From the human T2T-CHM13v2.0 reference genome, Homo sapiens: a stretch of DNA of 64,000 bases. The DNA lies in assembly GCF_009914755.1 (NCBI RefSeq), contig NC_060925.1, one strand, 5' to 3'. Shown piece after piece: positions 41,046-53,545 of the stretch (the stretch's first letter is position 1; the number at the start of each line of letters is the position of its first letter). The notes beneath the pieces are model-generated. The model saw nothing but the letters and a program-made list of their open reading frames with translations, was not told where the DNA came from and did not search any database. The translations under genes were made by a program, and so were the position numbers.

Positions 41046-42905
41046 CTGTGGGCAAGAAGAGAGAGAGACAGGTGGTGAGGCAGAGGCTGCAGAACTGGAA
41101 TTCTGGTCTAGGACAAGACAAGTGCCAGCCAGCGTTCTCTATCTTTATCCGGAATCCTCTGCTCACCCTACGGTGCCTTAAAAGCTCATCTTTGTTATTT
41201 AACCTCTGCAGTTCAGAGAAGGCTGCAGTCAGCTACCTTGACCTAGGGGCTGAAGCCTTAACTTCCCACTCTGATTCTGCTGCTGCTGAAATCTTGTAAG
41301 ATACTATGAGGGCCACATGGCTTCTACAGGCACCTCCTTCCTCATCTGTAAATAAGGATATTAGGACCCCCCCCTTACTTAGTTCACAGAGTTATTGCAG
41401 ATGAAATGAGATCATGGATGTGCAAATCCTTTGAAAATCGTAAAAGCTATGTGTTTTCACACTCCAGGTAGTAATACAGCAATACCTTGATGATCCGTCA
41501 TGCTGCATAAATAAGCTGTGAATTTCCCAAATAAATGAAACGTATCTATGTAGACCTCAAAACTTTTAAAAATGTTAACACCACCCATACAAATCTTTCT
41601 AAGATATAAAACCACTGTTTTATCTTCTTATCAAAAATCCTAAACATGTTCTTGCTTACTAGTCCTAGCCCTGTGACAGTGGTCCCTCAGGGTTGGCAAA
41701 GGTGAGTAGTAGGGCTGCTTGGCCCCCAACTAATGAGACTGTGATGCCTTTCGAGCACTAGAGTATCTTCTGGGCCATAAGCGGTCACTTCTCATTGCCA
41801 GCAGGAAGCATCCTACCTAGACTTAATGTGCTGTGAGCCGGCAGAGCATGGCTCTCAAATGTTATTCCAGGGTGTCAAGTAGAAGTGATTAGGCTTTGAG
41901 AGGGAAGTTCTCATGAGAGACAATGGATGAGTTTCAGCAAATGGAATGTGTAACTTCTATTCTGACTGTTCAGAGTGGTTGGTTTGTCTTTTCCTCTCCT
42001 AAAGATTTTTGTTACATTTCAGATAAGTGCAATTTCAAAAGAAAGAGCCTATGACTCTAAGCATTACTACCATGGTTTACACACTGTAATGTACACATGG
42101 CAAATGTTTGACTGCGATCTTATTTCCCCACCACTTGGTGAGCCGATGGCCACCTCATTTGACCATCAGTCAGTGAGGACTCACTTTAATACGAGCCTCA
42201 GCAAAACTTAAAAATTCATATGAATGTTGAAAAGTAACATGTTCAATTCTTACTGAGAATCTCTGTGCCAAATATCCCCTCCATCAATACTGCTAATTCT
42301 CACTGTTTCCATCCCTGGGCCCACATCCCTATCCCTGCCATCCCCATCCTTGGACTGTACATAGGCTGTGATCTCAGTAGCCTGGTAAGTCTGGAGTGTA
42401 TAGAATGGCCAGTGTCAGGGTTTTCTAACACCTGAGGGATTTAAGGACATCTCTTTGCTCCTCAATCAATGTTCAGCCATTGGGCAAGGGTGGAATAACC
42501 CAATGACTATCCCTTACCCTTCCAATATAGCTTTGCACAGGATCAGCTCTGCATGGAATAGGATGGTCCCCCCAGGACTGGACCAGCTCTCAGAGTGGGT
42601 GAGGAAGAGCTTGTGCTCAGCAAGGATGCAGAGTCACACCCAACCCTGCTGCAATACCAGTCCTTCCAGTGACATGGTACACTGGCACAGCAACTCCCTG
42701 GACACTAGGAAGCCCCACATCCAGAATCTTCACCTGACGTTTCCATCTCCTGGGAATTTGTTCAGCCACTAAATACCCTACACCCCCTGGACTCCCACCA
42801 GGCCTTAACACAGGCTCTTCCCTCTCCTCAGATGCCAACCCCACCTTCCCACTTTTACCAGTCGTTAGAGTTAACCAAGACAGAGATACCCCAAATATCA
42901 CTTAC

Positions 42906-42909
42906 CTCG
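42906..42909 (-). CDS. TNNI1: TNNI1 exon 3, 4-nt microexon CGAG
   Basis: CTGAAG|CGAG|GTAAGT. Supplies exactly the bases needed to complete V4-E5 between exons 2 and 4. Confidence 0.9.
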
Positions 42910-43572
42910 CTTCAGGCATCCATCACAGGAAGGACGGGGAAAGAGCAGAACACAGAGTGAGTATGAACAATGAGGATTACATGTGCAGTCGCAGAACCTC
43001 ACAGACCAGCTTGGGGGAGGAGGGGGCCAGTGACAACAGTGAGCCAGAAAGTCATCAGGCATCAGGCAAGGGGAGCGGTTTGAGGTTCCGGCAGAATAAA
43101 ATAAAAATTCAACAGCCCTTTGAACTACGGGGCATTCTTATTGGGAGGTACTGGGCATCGTAAGTTGGGGACAAGTGGTGGAAGGGGAGGGAAGCCTTAG
43201 CGTAGGGTTCCAGCAACGTGAAAGCATCCATCCACGGGTGCGTGGGTAAATTCCCAAAGCTTTGTTCACCTACTGCACCAGTGTTAAGTGGTGGCCTGGT
43301 ACATGCAATTCATGTGATAGATCAAGACAGGAAATCTCTGAGGCACAAGCCAAAAAGGCACTCCCAGGGCAACCTGGGAGTGAGTTCTGCTCAATGGCTG
43401 GGAGGACACAGGCAGCACAGGGGAAACCATCAAGTGCTGCCCCTGTTTGAGGACCTGGTCTCTTAGGGAAAAGCTTTGGGGGTTGAAAACATGGTGCCTC
43501 CACTGCGGGGCTGAAGTCTGTGGCAAAGGGACTTGCCTTCCTGGGGCCCCAGATGGCAGTGAGACTACTTAC

Positions 43573-43583
43573 ACTTCCGGCAT
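43573..43583 (-). CDS. TNNI1: TNNI1 exon 2 coding part (ATG CCG GAA GT); whole exon 43573-43602
   Basis: Kozak GCCACCATG, donor |GTAAGT. The CDS totals 564 nt, i.e. 187 aa plus stop. Confidence 0.95.
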
Positions 43584-43764
43584 GGTGGCAGTGAGACAGC
43601 ACCTAGGGGGCACAGAGGAATCATTCATAAGGGAAAGTGGAAACCCCTGCCCCTGCCCAGCTGGGCCTTGGGAGCCCAGCCTAGGAGACAGAGTCAGAAC
43701 ACAAAAGGAAGAAATCAGACACATTGGATTCCAGCAGGTCAAGATGGGACAGGGTTGCAGGGCA

Positions 43765-43929
43765 GGGGTCAGCTAACTACAGCCCATAAGCCTGACCTGG
43801 CTCCCAGCCTGTTTTTGCTTAAAGAATTGTAAGCTTTTTTTTTTTTTTTTTTTTTAAGAATTTGCAACAGAAACCTTATGTGAGCTACAAAGCTATCTGG
43901 CCCTTTCCAGATAAAGCTTGCCAATCCCA
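43765..43929. mobile_element. MER58-like element with internal poly(T)
   Basis: CAGGGGTCAGCTAACTACAGCCC ... ATCTGGCCCTTTCCAGATAAAGCTTGCCAATCCC. Confidence 0.65.
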
Positions 43930-43978
43930 GTGGAGAACAGAATGGAGTCCATAGGAAATATGTTTGGAAAGTGAGAGC

Positions 43979-44277
43979 AGCTGGGCGCAGTGGCTCATGC
44001 CTGTAATCCCAGCACTTTGGGAGGCCAAGGCGGGCAGTTCATGAGGTAAGGAGTTCAAGACCAGCCTGGCCAATATGGTCAAACCCCGTCTCTACTAATG
44101 ATACAAAAATTAGCCAGCATGGTGGTGCACGCCTATAGTCCCAGCTACTCAGGAGGCTGAGGCAGAAGAATTGCTTGAACCCAGGAGGCGGAGGTTACAG
44201 TGAGCCGAGATCGCACCACTGCACTCCAGCCTGGGTAACAGAATGAGTCTCCTTCTCAAAAAAAAAAAAAAAAAAAT
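43979..44277 (+). mobile_element. AluS
   Basis: Full length, TSD AAGTGAGAG. Confidence 0.95.
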
Positions 44278-44749
44278 AAGTGAGAGTGTAGCTCACTCAT
44301 GAGGGCCTTGAAGGACAGGCTGAGTTTAGACTTTATCCTGTGGAATAAGGGTGGTCATTGAAGGGCTCAGAGAGAGGAAGGCCTAGAAAGTGAATGAGCA
44401 GAGTGGATGCTGGAAAACGGGTAGCTGCCACATGGCACAACTCCATCCACAGATGGCAATGCAACTGGCACCTCCAGGGTGGGGCAGTGGGAGGCCTTGA
44501 GTGGGAGAGAATAAGCCGCAAGGCAGGGCAAATCCCGTGTTCACCCTAGTCTGTCTTTCCCCTCTCTGGGTTGGTTTTCCTCTCTGCAAAATTAGGGGTT
44601 AAATCAGTGAGTTTCCTCTTGATGTTTATTATTAATAATAAGTAATTAAAATAATATTTAATTAATATTATTTGGTTGAATCCTTTGTCCTAACCAAATC
44701 TTACTTGGAAGTAAAATAAATTCAATCAGTAAAAGCAAAATGGCATTTT

Positions 44750-44935
44750 GCCTATCAGAAGGTGGAGGGTGGGAGGAGGGAGAGGATCAGGAAAAATAAC
44801 TAATGGGTATGTCTCTCATACCTGAGTGATGAAATAATTGATACAACAAACCTCCATGACACATGTTTACCTGTGTAACGAACCCACACATCCTGCACAT
44901 GTACCCCGAACTTAAAAAAAAGTCAAACAAACAAA
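44750..44935 (+). mobile_element. L1PA-type 3' end fragment
   Basis: GGAGGGTGGGAGGAGGGAGAGGATCAGGAAAAATAACTAATGGGTA ... CTGCACATGTACCCCGAACTTAAAA. Confidence 0.88.
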
Positions 44936-47462
44936 AAGAGCCAAATGGCACTGGTTGAAGGGGGCTCCCATAGCAGCCCTCTGGTCTTCTGTGAGGACAC
45001 TTGGCTGTGGAATACAATTTGAAGCCCCCTGACCAGGTGATCCTGGGGCCCAGGCCAAAGAGGGGGTCCGTGAGGCTGCAGAGGGAGATGTTCCAAAACC
45101 AGACATAATTCACCGTCTTGCCTGGGCCTGGACACAGGGCATTCCAATGCAGGGGAAGGGAGGAACTGTGCAAAAGCTCAGGGAAAGGAAGGGGACAGCT
45201 GAGGTGGAGAGCAGGTGTGCAGGGGCGCACAGGAGCCCTGAGCCAGGCTGTGAAATGAAGGATGGGAGAGCCTAGTGTGTGTGGAGTGGGCAGGCATGGA
45301 GCTCGGGGGCAGGAGTTTGGACTTGGTTCAAGAACCTTGTTGTGGGGTCTGGGAAGTGGGGAATTAAAAGACACTTGTAAAGTGCCTGCCAATAATTGTA
45401 TCCCAGAGCCACCCCTTCCTCTGCCCTAATTCTCTCCTTTCCCTTTGTGCCCATGAAGCACTATCCCAACCCCAATGAACACAGCTTTGGCCACCTCCCC
45501 TGAATCTCCCAACGGGTCAGAAAGCCTTCTGGGCCTCCCTCCACCTCTGCCTCCGCCACCAGGGGAGGGTAAGGCTGGGGTGGAGGAGGTGGAGGTGTAG
45601 TGTGACCCCAGAGTCTCAGCTGTCATGCTGGGGCACAGAGGGAGGGGTATGGAGACAATCCATGAATTCCTGAGATGCTTGGCTGGTATTAGATTTTATG
45701 GGCAGCTGCTTATTCTTAGGGCTCTGCTTCTCCAAAGACACTGAGGAAGTCCAAAGGAAACACCAGCTGGCGAAGAGCCACCTCCAGGCCCATCTGTCCA
45801 TCATCAGCCTCCAGGAATGCCAGTGTCCAGAGGGCACCAGGTCTGCGTCTGTCTCCCTGGGATGTGCCTTGTCCTTGGTGGGCATTTGGCAGTGATCATG
45901 CCTCCCTGTCTCCCTCAGAGATCCAACTGTCCCCATTGTGGGGCCCTACCTTCCAAGGCCAGTTTACACCTCCTGCCAAGCTCCGGGGCCTGCCCCCAGC
46001 CTGCCTCACTGACAAATGCCAGACCAAGGGGTCCCACGTCAGGCAAGAGGCCTCAGCCTGTGCTCTGACACCCCTCAGACGGGGGCCCTTGCCAGGCTCT
46101 GTGGAAGACAAGCGAGGACTGATAAGTCAGGATGAAGATAGCAGCCACTGGAAGGCTTGGAGAGCCAGGATTCCATCTCCTCTACAAGTAGCAAGCAAGG
46201 AGATAATGAGAAAATCCTCCCCCCGAGGGGGGGAGCAAAGAGTCTCTGGTGGTTGCCTCAGAGCTGGGCTTTCCCTTCCTTGAGGCTTTGCAGCGTGGAA
46301 GGGACTATCCGCTAGACTATGAGATTGAGTCTGTGTGTGTAAGTGTGTGTAAGTGACTGTGTGTGAGAGTGTGAGTGTGAGAGAGAGAGCGTGTATATGT
46401 AGGGGAAAGAACTGATCTCTTTGCACACCCAATGATCACGTCCACAAGTATCTAGTTAGGCTCATGTGCTTCCCCCTGCTCCCCGCCCCCTGACCTTGGA
46501 CCCCCATTCAAGGGCATCCCTGTCTTCCTTGACTGACGGTTAACACTCCCAAGTGCATGGCGCTGGGCTGCCCCCATCTTGAGTTCTGAACAGCAAAGCC
46601 TAATCTCAGAGCTGCTGTGGGACTGTGACTCCCAAACCTGGTGGCAGGTGCTGCCTTCAGCCCCCACCTGAGTCAGGGACCGCCACACGGCCCCCTGCCC
46701 CAAGCCTTGGGTTACCCTGTAGATACTGCCCTGGCTTATGTGTTCACTGGCTCCTGTGCCCCAACCCAAAATGCCGCCACCATTGCCTTCCTCCAAGAGG
46801 ACCCCCAGTATCTACTGCTGCTTCTCAGAGCCAGGAGCTCTGAGCAGGAGCAGTCAAGAGGGGTTGCCGGTCTGCCCTCCTCTGCTCTTGTGCTACACTA
46901 CAGAGGGATAGGCAAAGGGAGCTAACAGCGTCGCTCAGAGACAAAGAACACAGAAGCAAGATGGTTTCCTTGGCCAGCAGGGAGCTCTGGCCCTGCCTTC
47001 TAGGCTCCCTGGGAGTCCTGCGCGTCAGGCACCCTCCTTCTCTTCCGCTGCAGGCATTGCTGACTTTGAGCACTCACCCTGGCTCTCTGATCCCAGGGCC
47101 ACCCCTTCCCCTGGGTGCGCTCTCCCTCCCACACTCTGCTGGGCATCCTGTGTGAAAACATCATCCCTTAGGCTCTGCCCTGGGGCTCCTAAGGAACCTC
47201 ACGGAAGATTCTGCTCCTTGCTCACAGCCTCCAAATGGCCAGGAAAAAGTTTCACCTCTCACAACAGTTTTGCAGGAGAGATGCCATTCTGTGGGACAAA
47301 ATGCTGTGGGAGTATTTTAGGAATGTTCTACCAACAAACCAACTGCACAGGCAAGAAATGGTTTTCTCCAGCTCCAAGACCTCGCTTTCTCCTTAAACAA
47401 AAGCCCCAGGTTCTCTGCCTGGGATCAACCTACATCTGAAGTTCTGGGCTGCAGACGCTTAC

Positions 47463-47520
47463 CTTGTTCAGTCCTCGTGGAGCTGGGCTGGCCTGTGCCT
47501 CGCCGTAGACTGCAGACTGT
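47463..47520 (-). other. TNNI1: TNNI1 exon 1 (non-coding; TSS approximate)
   Basis: ...GAGGACTGAACAAG|GTAAGC strong donor. Sequence matches the recalled TNNI1 5' UTR. Confidence 0.85.
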
Positions 47521-47629
47521 GAGGGGCAGAGCCGAGGGGAGGCTATGAAAACTGTGTCCAGCAGCAACTGGCTGGTAAAAATAGAACAGACCCACTGCCC
47601 CCTCCTGCTGCCCCTCCTCCCTCCCACCC

Positions 47630-47680
<51 letters not shown>

Positions 47681-47700
47681 CACAGGGCAGATGCGTGCTG
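47521..47700 (-). promoter_or_regulatory. TNNI1: TNNI1 proximal promoter
   Basis: TATA-like TTTTCATAG near 47542-47551, MEF2-like CTATTTTTAC 47575-47584, CACCC/GC boxes, adjacent (CA)n. Confidence 0.75.
47632..47678. repeat. (CA)23 microsatellite
   Basis: Perfect CA run. Confidence 0.98.
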
Positions 47701-48384
47701 CAATGCACACAACAGGCACATAGGCGGAAAGCCATGTGAATTTGTGGCTCAGGAGCAGAGGCAAATTCTGTGCACATAGGTGCCACCAACTGAGTGAAAC
47801 CAGCACCCACCTGGGGAGACTCGAGCTGCAGAAAGGGAAAGAATGAGCAGCCAGACCAGGTGTGGGGACTGAGCAGAGATGGGACTGGGAGGGGGAATGA
47901 GGGAGAGCAAAGGGCCACAGTGAAGGCCCAGAGGGGCAAGTAGCAGCTGGGGGAAGAGGACCATTGGGCTAACCCTGCATCTCTTATAAGGCAATATGGA
48001 AATGAGGCCCCTGAACCCATGCCCCAAAAGCCCAAGAGGGCTAAAGACTCAGCTTTCAGGGATTTTTCAGTGGCTCTGGTGCACGTGGGATACGAGGGTG
48101 CCTGGCTGTGGGGAGTGATGTGAGCAGTGTTGCAGGCTGACCCCAGTGAGTGTTTCCAGGGCTGAGCAGAATGGCAGTGGCAGCAGGGCACACCTTTATG
48201 CTCAGGGAGGTCTGAGGGTCTGCAGACACTCTGCATCCCCCTCCAGATGGGTTTCCTGGAATCTAGATTTCCCAGGTTCCAAAGGACACCCGAGTCTCAT
48301 GCCTGGAACTCAGTGAGACTAATTCACCTCTCCTCTGCCCTAATCTTCATCTCCAGCCAGAAGCCAACAGATCCCAGGGGACTG

Positions 48385-48520
48385 GAGCCACAGGGGCTGC
48401 ACCTGTTTACCGGGTATTTTTAGGATGGTTGATGAACACATAATACCCACCCTATAGTCAGAGAAAGACAATGCCTGCTATGTTAATCCTGTGGCTATTA
48501 TAGTCTGTCATCTCATGGGT
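48385..48520 (-). promoter_or_regulatory. TNNI1: TNNI1 slow-fibre upstream enhancer (USE; rat SURE equivalent)
   Basis: About -870 to -1000 from the TSS. E-box CAGGTG 48400-48405, MEF2 CTAAAAATAC 48414-48423, CACC box 48446-48452, bicoid-like GTF2IRD1 site AGCCACAGGATTAAC 48482-48496. Order and position match the known element. Confidence 0.88.
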
Positions 48521-48969
48521 TGGGGCAGGACACTGACCCTCTCAGAGGCCAGAGAGAGGCCTCGCAAGCAGGAGGTTAGGGAGCCCCAGCCATGCTCCCC
48601 ATTTGGAGAAGGAGAGAGTAATGGGCAGGGGTGTCCTAAGGAGACACACCCCAGTGCCCACAGAGGTAAAGGCCCTGCCCTCTCTACAACGACATTCTGC
48701 TGCCTAATAGAGGTTGCTCTAATTCTATTCTGGTCGGGTCAACTTTGAGAAGCCTCTATGTGAGACGGCTGCCAGGGAGAAATGACAGGGTCTGGGGAGG
48801 CATAGGGGTTGGGGACATAGGATTCCAAGTGGAGAGGCTGTGATGGATAATGAAGGCAGGCTCCAGCCAAAAGGAGCAGCTAGAGGGGAGAAGGAATTTA
48901 GGGGCTTTGCAGATGAGCCTACTGGAGTTTATTGCCTTGGCTTATTATAATTTATACAATAACTTTCCA

Positions 48970-49296
48970 TTTATTTATTTATTTATTTATATACTTTTGG
49001 AGACAGAGTCTCACTCTGTCACCCAGGCTGGAGTACAGGGGCTCTGTCACCCAGGCTGGAGTACAGTGGCTCACTGCAACCTCCACCTCCCGGGTTCAAG
49101 TGATTCTCCTGCCTCAGCCTCCTGAGTAGCTGGGACTACAGGCACGCCACCATGCCTGGCTATTTTTTATATTTTTAGTAGAAATGGGGTTTTACCATGT
49201 TGGTCAGGCTAGTCTCAAACTCTTGGCCTTGAGCAACGCACCTGCCTCGGCCTCCCAAAGTGCTGGGATTACAGACATGAGCTACCATGACCAGCC
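48970..49296 (-). mobile_element. Alu with internal 25-bp duplication
   Basis: TSD TATACAATAACTTTC at 48953-48967 and 49297-49311, (TTTA)n tail. Confidence 0.93.
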
Positions 49297-50134
49297 TATA
49301 CAATAACTTTCTTAAAAGGCCTTGATATTCTCAAAAAATGAATTCTCTGCATGAATTATCCTGCTTTTTGAAAAGGAAAAACAAAAGAAGACAGTTCGAC
49401 AAATAGAAGAACAAAGCAGGGTGAACACAAGCCAAGAAAGTAGGTGGCCGGATGTCCGCAGCAAGACGTGGAGAACATAGTGCAGCCAGGGGCCCTCCCT
49501 GGGCAGGAGCCATGGAGAATCTCAGACTCGGAGTGATTCATCTTCACACTCTGTTGGACAGCATGGGACCAGGACCCCTCACCCCAGTGTCCCAATTCCA
49601 TCCCCACCATCCCTGCACACCATGTGGAATCCAGCCTCCAGCTCACCCTCTCAGATCCACCCTGACCTTTGACCCCAGTTCACACACTGACTTCTTTAGC
49701 GTCTCTCTCCTGCAGTCTCTCAAAGGTGGCCTTCAAAAGCAAGAATGCAGTGCCCTGTTGTCCTTGCCCCTGACCCCCATCTTCCTTCATGTATGGAGTG
49801 GGTGCAGAGCAGGCCTCAATGATTCAGGCCGCCCACACCCAGCTGAGGGGCCGCCACTGGAGGTCTTAGCCCTGTGGCCCACTCACTGCCCCAGCCAAGT
49901 GCGCCTCTGCAGCCTTTCTCCTCCCCTCCTTGCCTACAGAAAAGGTCACCCCTTCTCAGTGCACATCTGCCCTGGGGCCAGGCTTCCTATTCTCCCTGCA
50001 GAGCAGGCACAGCTGTCCCAGAGCTGAGGTTCTGTCTGACTCAGATGCTTACTGGTCAGGGAGGACCCTTCCTAGACACAGAGCCAGAGAGAGTGCTCCT
50101 GGCCCTGGAGATCCCCAGGCAGCACCCTTTGCGC

Positions 50135-50617
50135 TAGGCTGAATAATGGTCCCCACAGGTGCCCGTGCCCTAATGCAAATGTGAATCTGTTACCTTATAT
50201 GGCAAAGGGATTTTGCAGATGTGATTACATTAAGACACTTGAGATGGGGAGATTATCCTGGATTATCTTGGTGGGCCCCATCTAAACACAAGTGTCCTTC
50301 TCAGCTGAGTGAGGCTTGAGGAGCAAGGCTGAGAGAAGGAAATGCGATGAAGGAAGCAGATGTCAGAAAAGATGCTATGCTGCTGGCCTTGATCATGGAG
50401 GGAGGCCATGAGCCAAGGAATGCAGGCAGCCTCTAGAAGCCAAAAAAGGCCAGGGAACGGCTTCTCCCCTAGAGCCTGCAGGGGGAAGCAGGCCTCCCAC
50501 CACCTTGCCTTGCAGCCCAGGGAGACTGACTTCAGACTTCTGCCCTCCAGAACTGTAAGATAATAAACTTGGGTTATTTGTGCTGACTTGCCACAGCAGC
50601 AATGAGAAACTAATACA
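50135..50617 (+). mobile_element. MLT1D-like MaLR solo LTR
   Basis: TAGGCTGAATAATGGTCCCC...GGCAAAGGGATTTTGCAGATGTGATTA...AGCAGCAATGAGAAACTAATACA. Confidence 0.88.
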
Positions 50618-51012
50618 TTCTTCGGTGCCTTGATGGGCCCTGGACTTCATGGTTCCGGCTGTGCTTAGGACCAGTCAGGAAAACAGTGACCTGGGAGGGT
50701 CAGTGAAACAAACCAGCCCAGGTTTCACAGCAAGGCAGCCCTGAGGAAGAGTGGGCCACAATCCAGCCCCACCAGGGCCTGGCCTTCCAGAAAGCCAGCT
50801 CTGATCTTGCCGAGAGCATTGCAGGACGCCAGAGCAGGAAGACCGTCCAGTCCAATCCATGTGCCCGTGAGGAAATCGAGGCCCCTCGAGGAGAGGCCAC
50901 AGGGTGAGGGGTTAGGTCTCCTAACTCCCAGCCCAGTGCTCTGTCACGCTGCCCACAAAGCAAAGACACTTCTCTAACCTTAACTTTAGCCCAATTCAAA
51001 TCCTAAAACTAA

Positions 51013-51322
<310 letters not shown>

Positions 51323-53242
51323 CTAACCCTCCTTTTAACCCCAGTATAATCCCTGCCCCTGTCTTTATCCCTAACCTACTAGAACCTTCACCTTCTTGCT
51401 CTCTACTCTCTTGCTTGGTTTACTGAGGTGGCCGCTTGTGCTCTCAATCCATTCTGCACACAGCATGCAAAATGCCAAAACTGACCTTGTTCTAATTCCT
51501 AATCCAGCTTCATGTCCAAGCCCTACTCTATACCACATGAGTTTCCCCTCATTGCATTGGCCTAGCCTTATTGCAGGCCTTCTAGACACTAAGCTGAATT
51601 TAGGTTCACTGCAGAATTGATCCAGCTATGCAGCATCTTCTCTGAACCTTGGCTTCCTCATTTGTAAAGCGGGTTAAGGGTGTGCAGGGACCTGAGGCTG
51701 AGCCTGGCTTCCATGGGGTCCCCCTCCCTGGGACAAGGCTGCTGGCTTTCCCTTAACCTCTTTTTAAAAATATTTTTTTAATTTTTTATAGAGGTGGCAT
51801 CTCCTTATATTGCCCAGGTTGGTCTTGAACACCTGGGCACAAGCAATCCTCCTGCCTTGGCCTCCCAAAGTGCTGGGATTACAGGCATGAGCCACCATGT
51901 CTGGCCCCCTTTATCCTCTTTCAAAGTCCAGGTAGAGGCTGAGGCAGCCTTGACCAGAATCCAGGCCTCAGGAGAATGGCCTCTGTGGTCAGTACCCTCT
52001 CAGATCTTCTGTGACTGCCCAGCTCAATGGAAATGGATGGAAGAATTGCCAGGAGAAGGAGTGAGAACCAGAGCTGGCCAGATCGCGGGAGGAAAAGGCA
52101 AGTCCAGGAAAGAGGGATGGTGAGATGGGCATCGGTGAGAGGGGAAGGCCTGGAGGGGTTTCCAGCCTCTAGTGCCACTGACTCCCAGTGTCATCCTTGT
52201 CCCTCCCGGGGCTGGGGAGGCCACGGGGCAAGGGAAGGAAGTGTCTGGCCAGAGGAGCTAAGCCTTGTAAGGCCGTGGGTTGTGGAGTCAGGGCCTATCA
52301 CCTCAGAGGCTGACACCTGTCAGCCCTGGCTGCCCTGGCTTGGTTTGGGAAGCACAGAAGCCCAAATTAGCAAGTGACAAAGCCCAGACCATCTGTCTTC
52401 CCGGCGGCCCCTCCCGACACCGGCCCTCCCGCTACTACTCAGGGGCATTCGCTTCAGTGACAGCCAACCCCACACCCCTCCCCGCCTTCTCTGCCCACCC
52501 CCTGTTAAGCCCATCGTGGTTCCAGGGCCAGCTTTCTGTGGCTGAGTTCTGAGAGGGGGCAGGGCTGGGGGCTGAGGGGACTAGAGCAGAAGGAACAAAG
52601 AAACCAAAAGCTGTCACCCTCAATTTTTCACCACAAATCAGCCCCACATGAAGGTTTGTGGCATTAGAGACAGCATAGTGAGGTGAGTCAACACATGACT
52701 TTGGAAGTAGACGGCTCTGCCACTTGCCAGGAACACTCACTAGTGAAACTTAGCAATGTATCCCTCTGAGCCTCCACTTCCTCATCTGTAAAATGGGGAT
52801 AATAATGGTGCCCACCCGGGGGGTTGCTGTGAGGTTCCTATGAGGTGCTGTGTATAAAGGGCATTGCAAAGGCCTGGCACAAGGCAAATGCTGAACAAAT
52901 GTTGGTTCTTAGTATATACCCCTCGAGGCCTCACACTAATGTTCTGAGGTAGGCACTATTACTTACCCTACTATACCCACGAGGAAACAGACTCACAGTG
53001 GCTCAGCAATAACCCAGGGTCCCACAGCAAGGATGACGCAGAGCTGAGAGCTGCACCCAGCTCTCTGGTGCCAAAGTCCGTGCTCCTGCACACAGTAAGT
53101 GTTCAGTAAATGGGGGCCATCGCTATGACTTTAATGTTCTCATCTTCAGCCAACACTGTGGTTCCCACAGGGAACTTGGAATGGACCAATGTTGTGACCC
53201 CAAAGCTCTGTATAATTCATCCCAACATTAAACACAGTAAAT

Positions 53243-53545
53243 GGGCTGAGCATGGTGGCTCAGGCCTGTAATCCCAGCACTTTGGGAGGCTGACACAGGC
53301 AGATGGCTTGGGCTCAGGAGTTTGAGACCAGACTGGGCAACATGGCAAAAGCCCCGTCTCTACAAAGAATACAGAAGTTAGCCGGGTGTGGTGGTGCAAG
53401 CCTGTGCTCCTGGCTACTCGGGAGGCTGAGGTGGGAGGATTGCTTGAGCCCAGCAGGAGGTCAAGGCTACTATGAGCCGAGATCACATGCCACTCCAGCC
53501 TGGGTGACAGAGTGAGACCGTGTCTCAAACAAAACAAAAAAAAAC
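53243..53545 (+). mobile_element. AluJ-like
   Basis: GAGGATTGCTTGAGCCCAG right-arm motif. Confidence 0.9.

Noticed and set aside
41450-42800. Unexplained AT-richer stretch in TNNI1 intron 3 (possible ncRNA or old transposon)
   Set aside because: No recognisable TIR, snoRNA box arrangement or ORF. Dfam/Rfam searches are needed.
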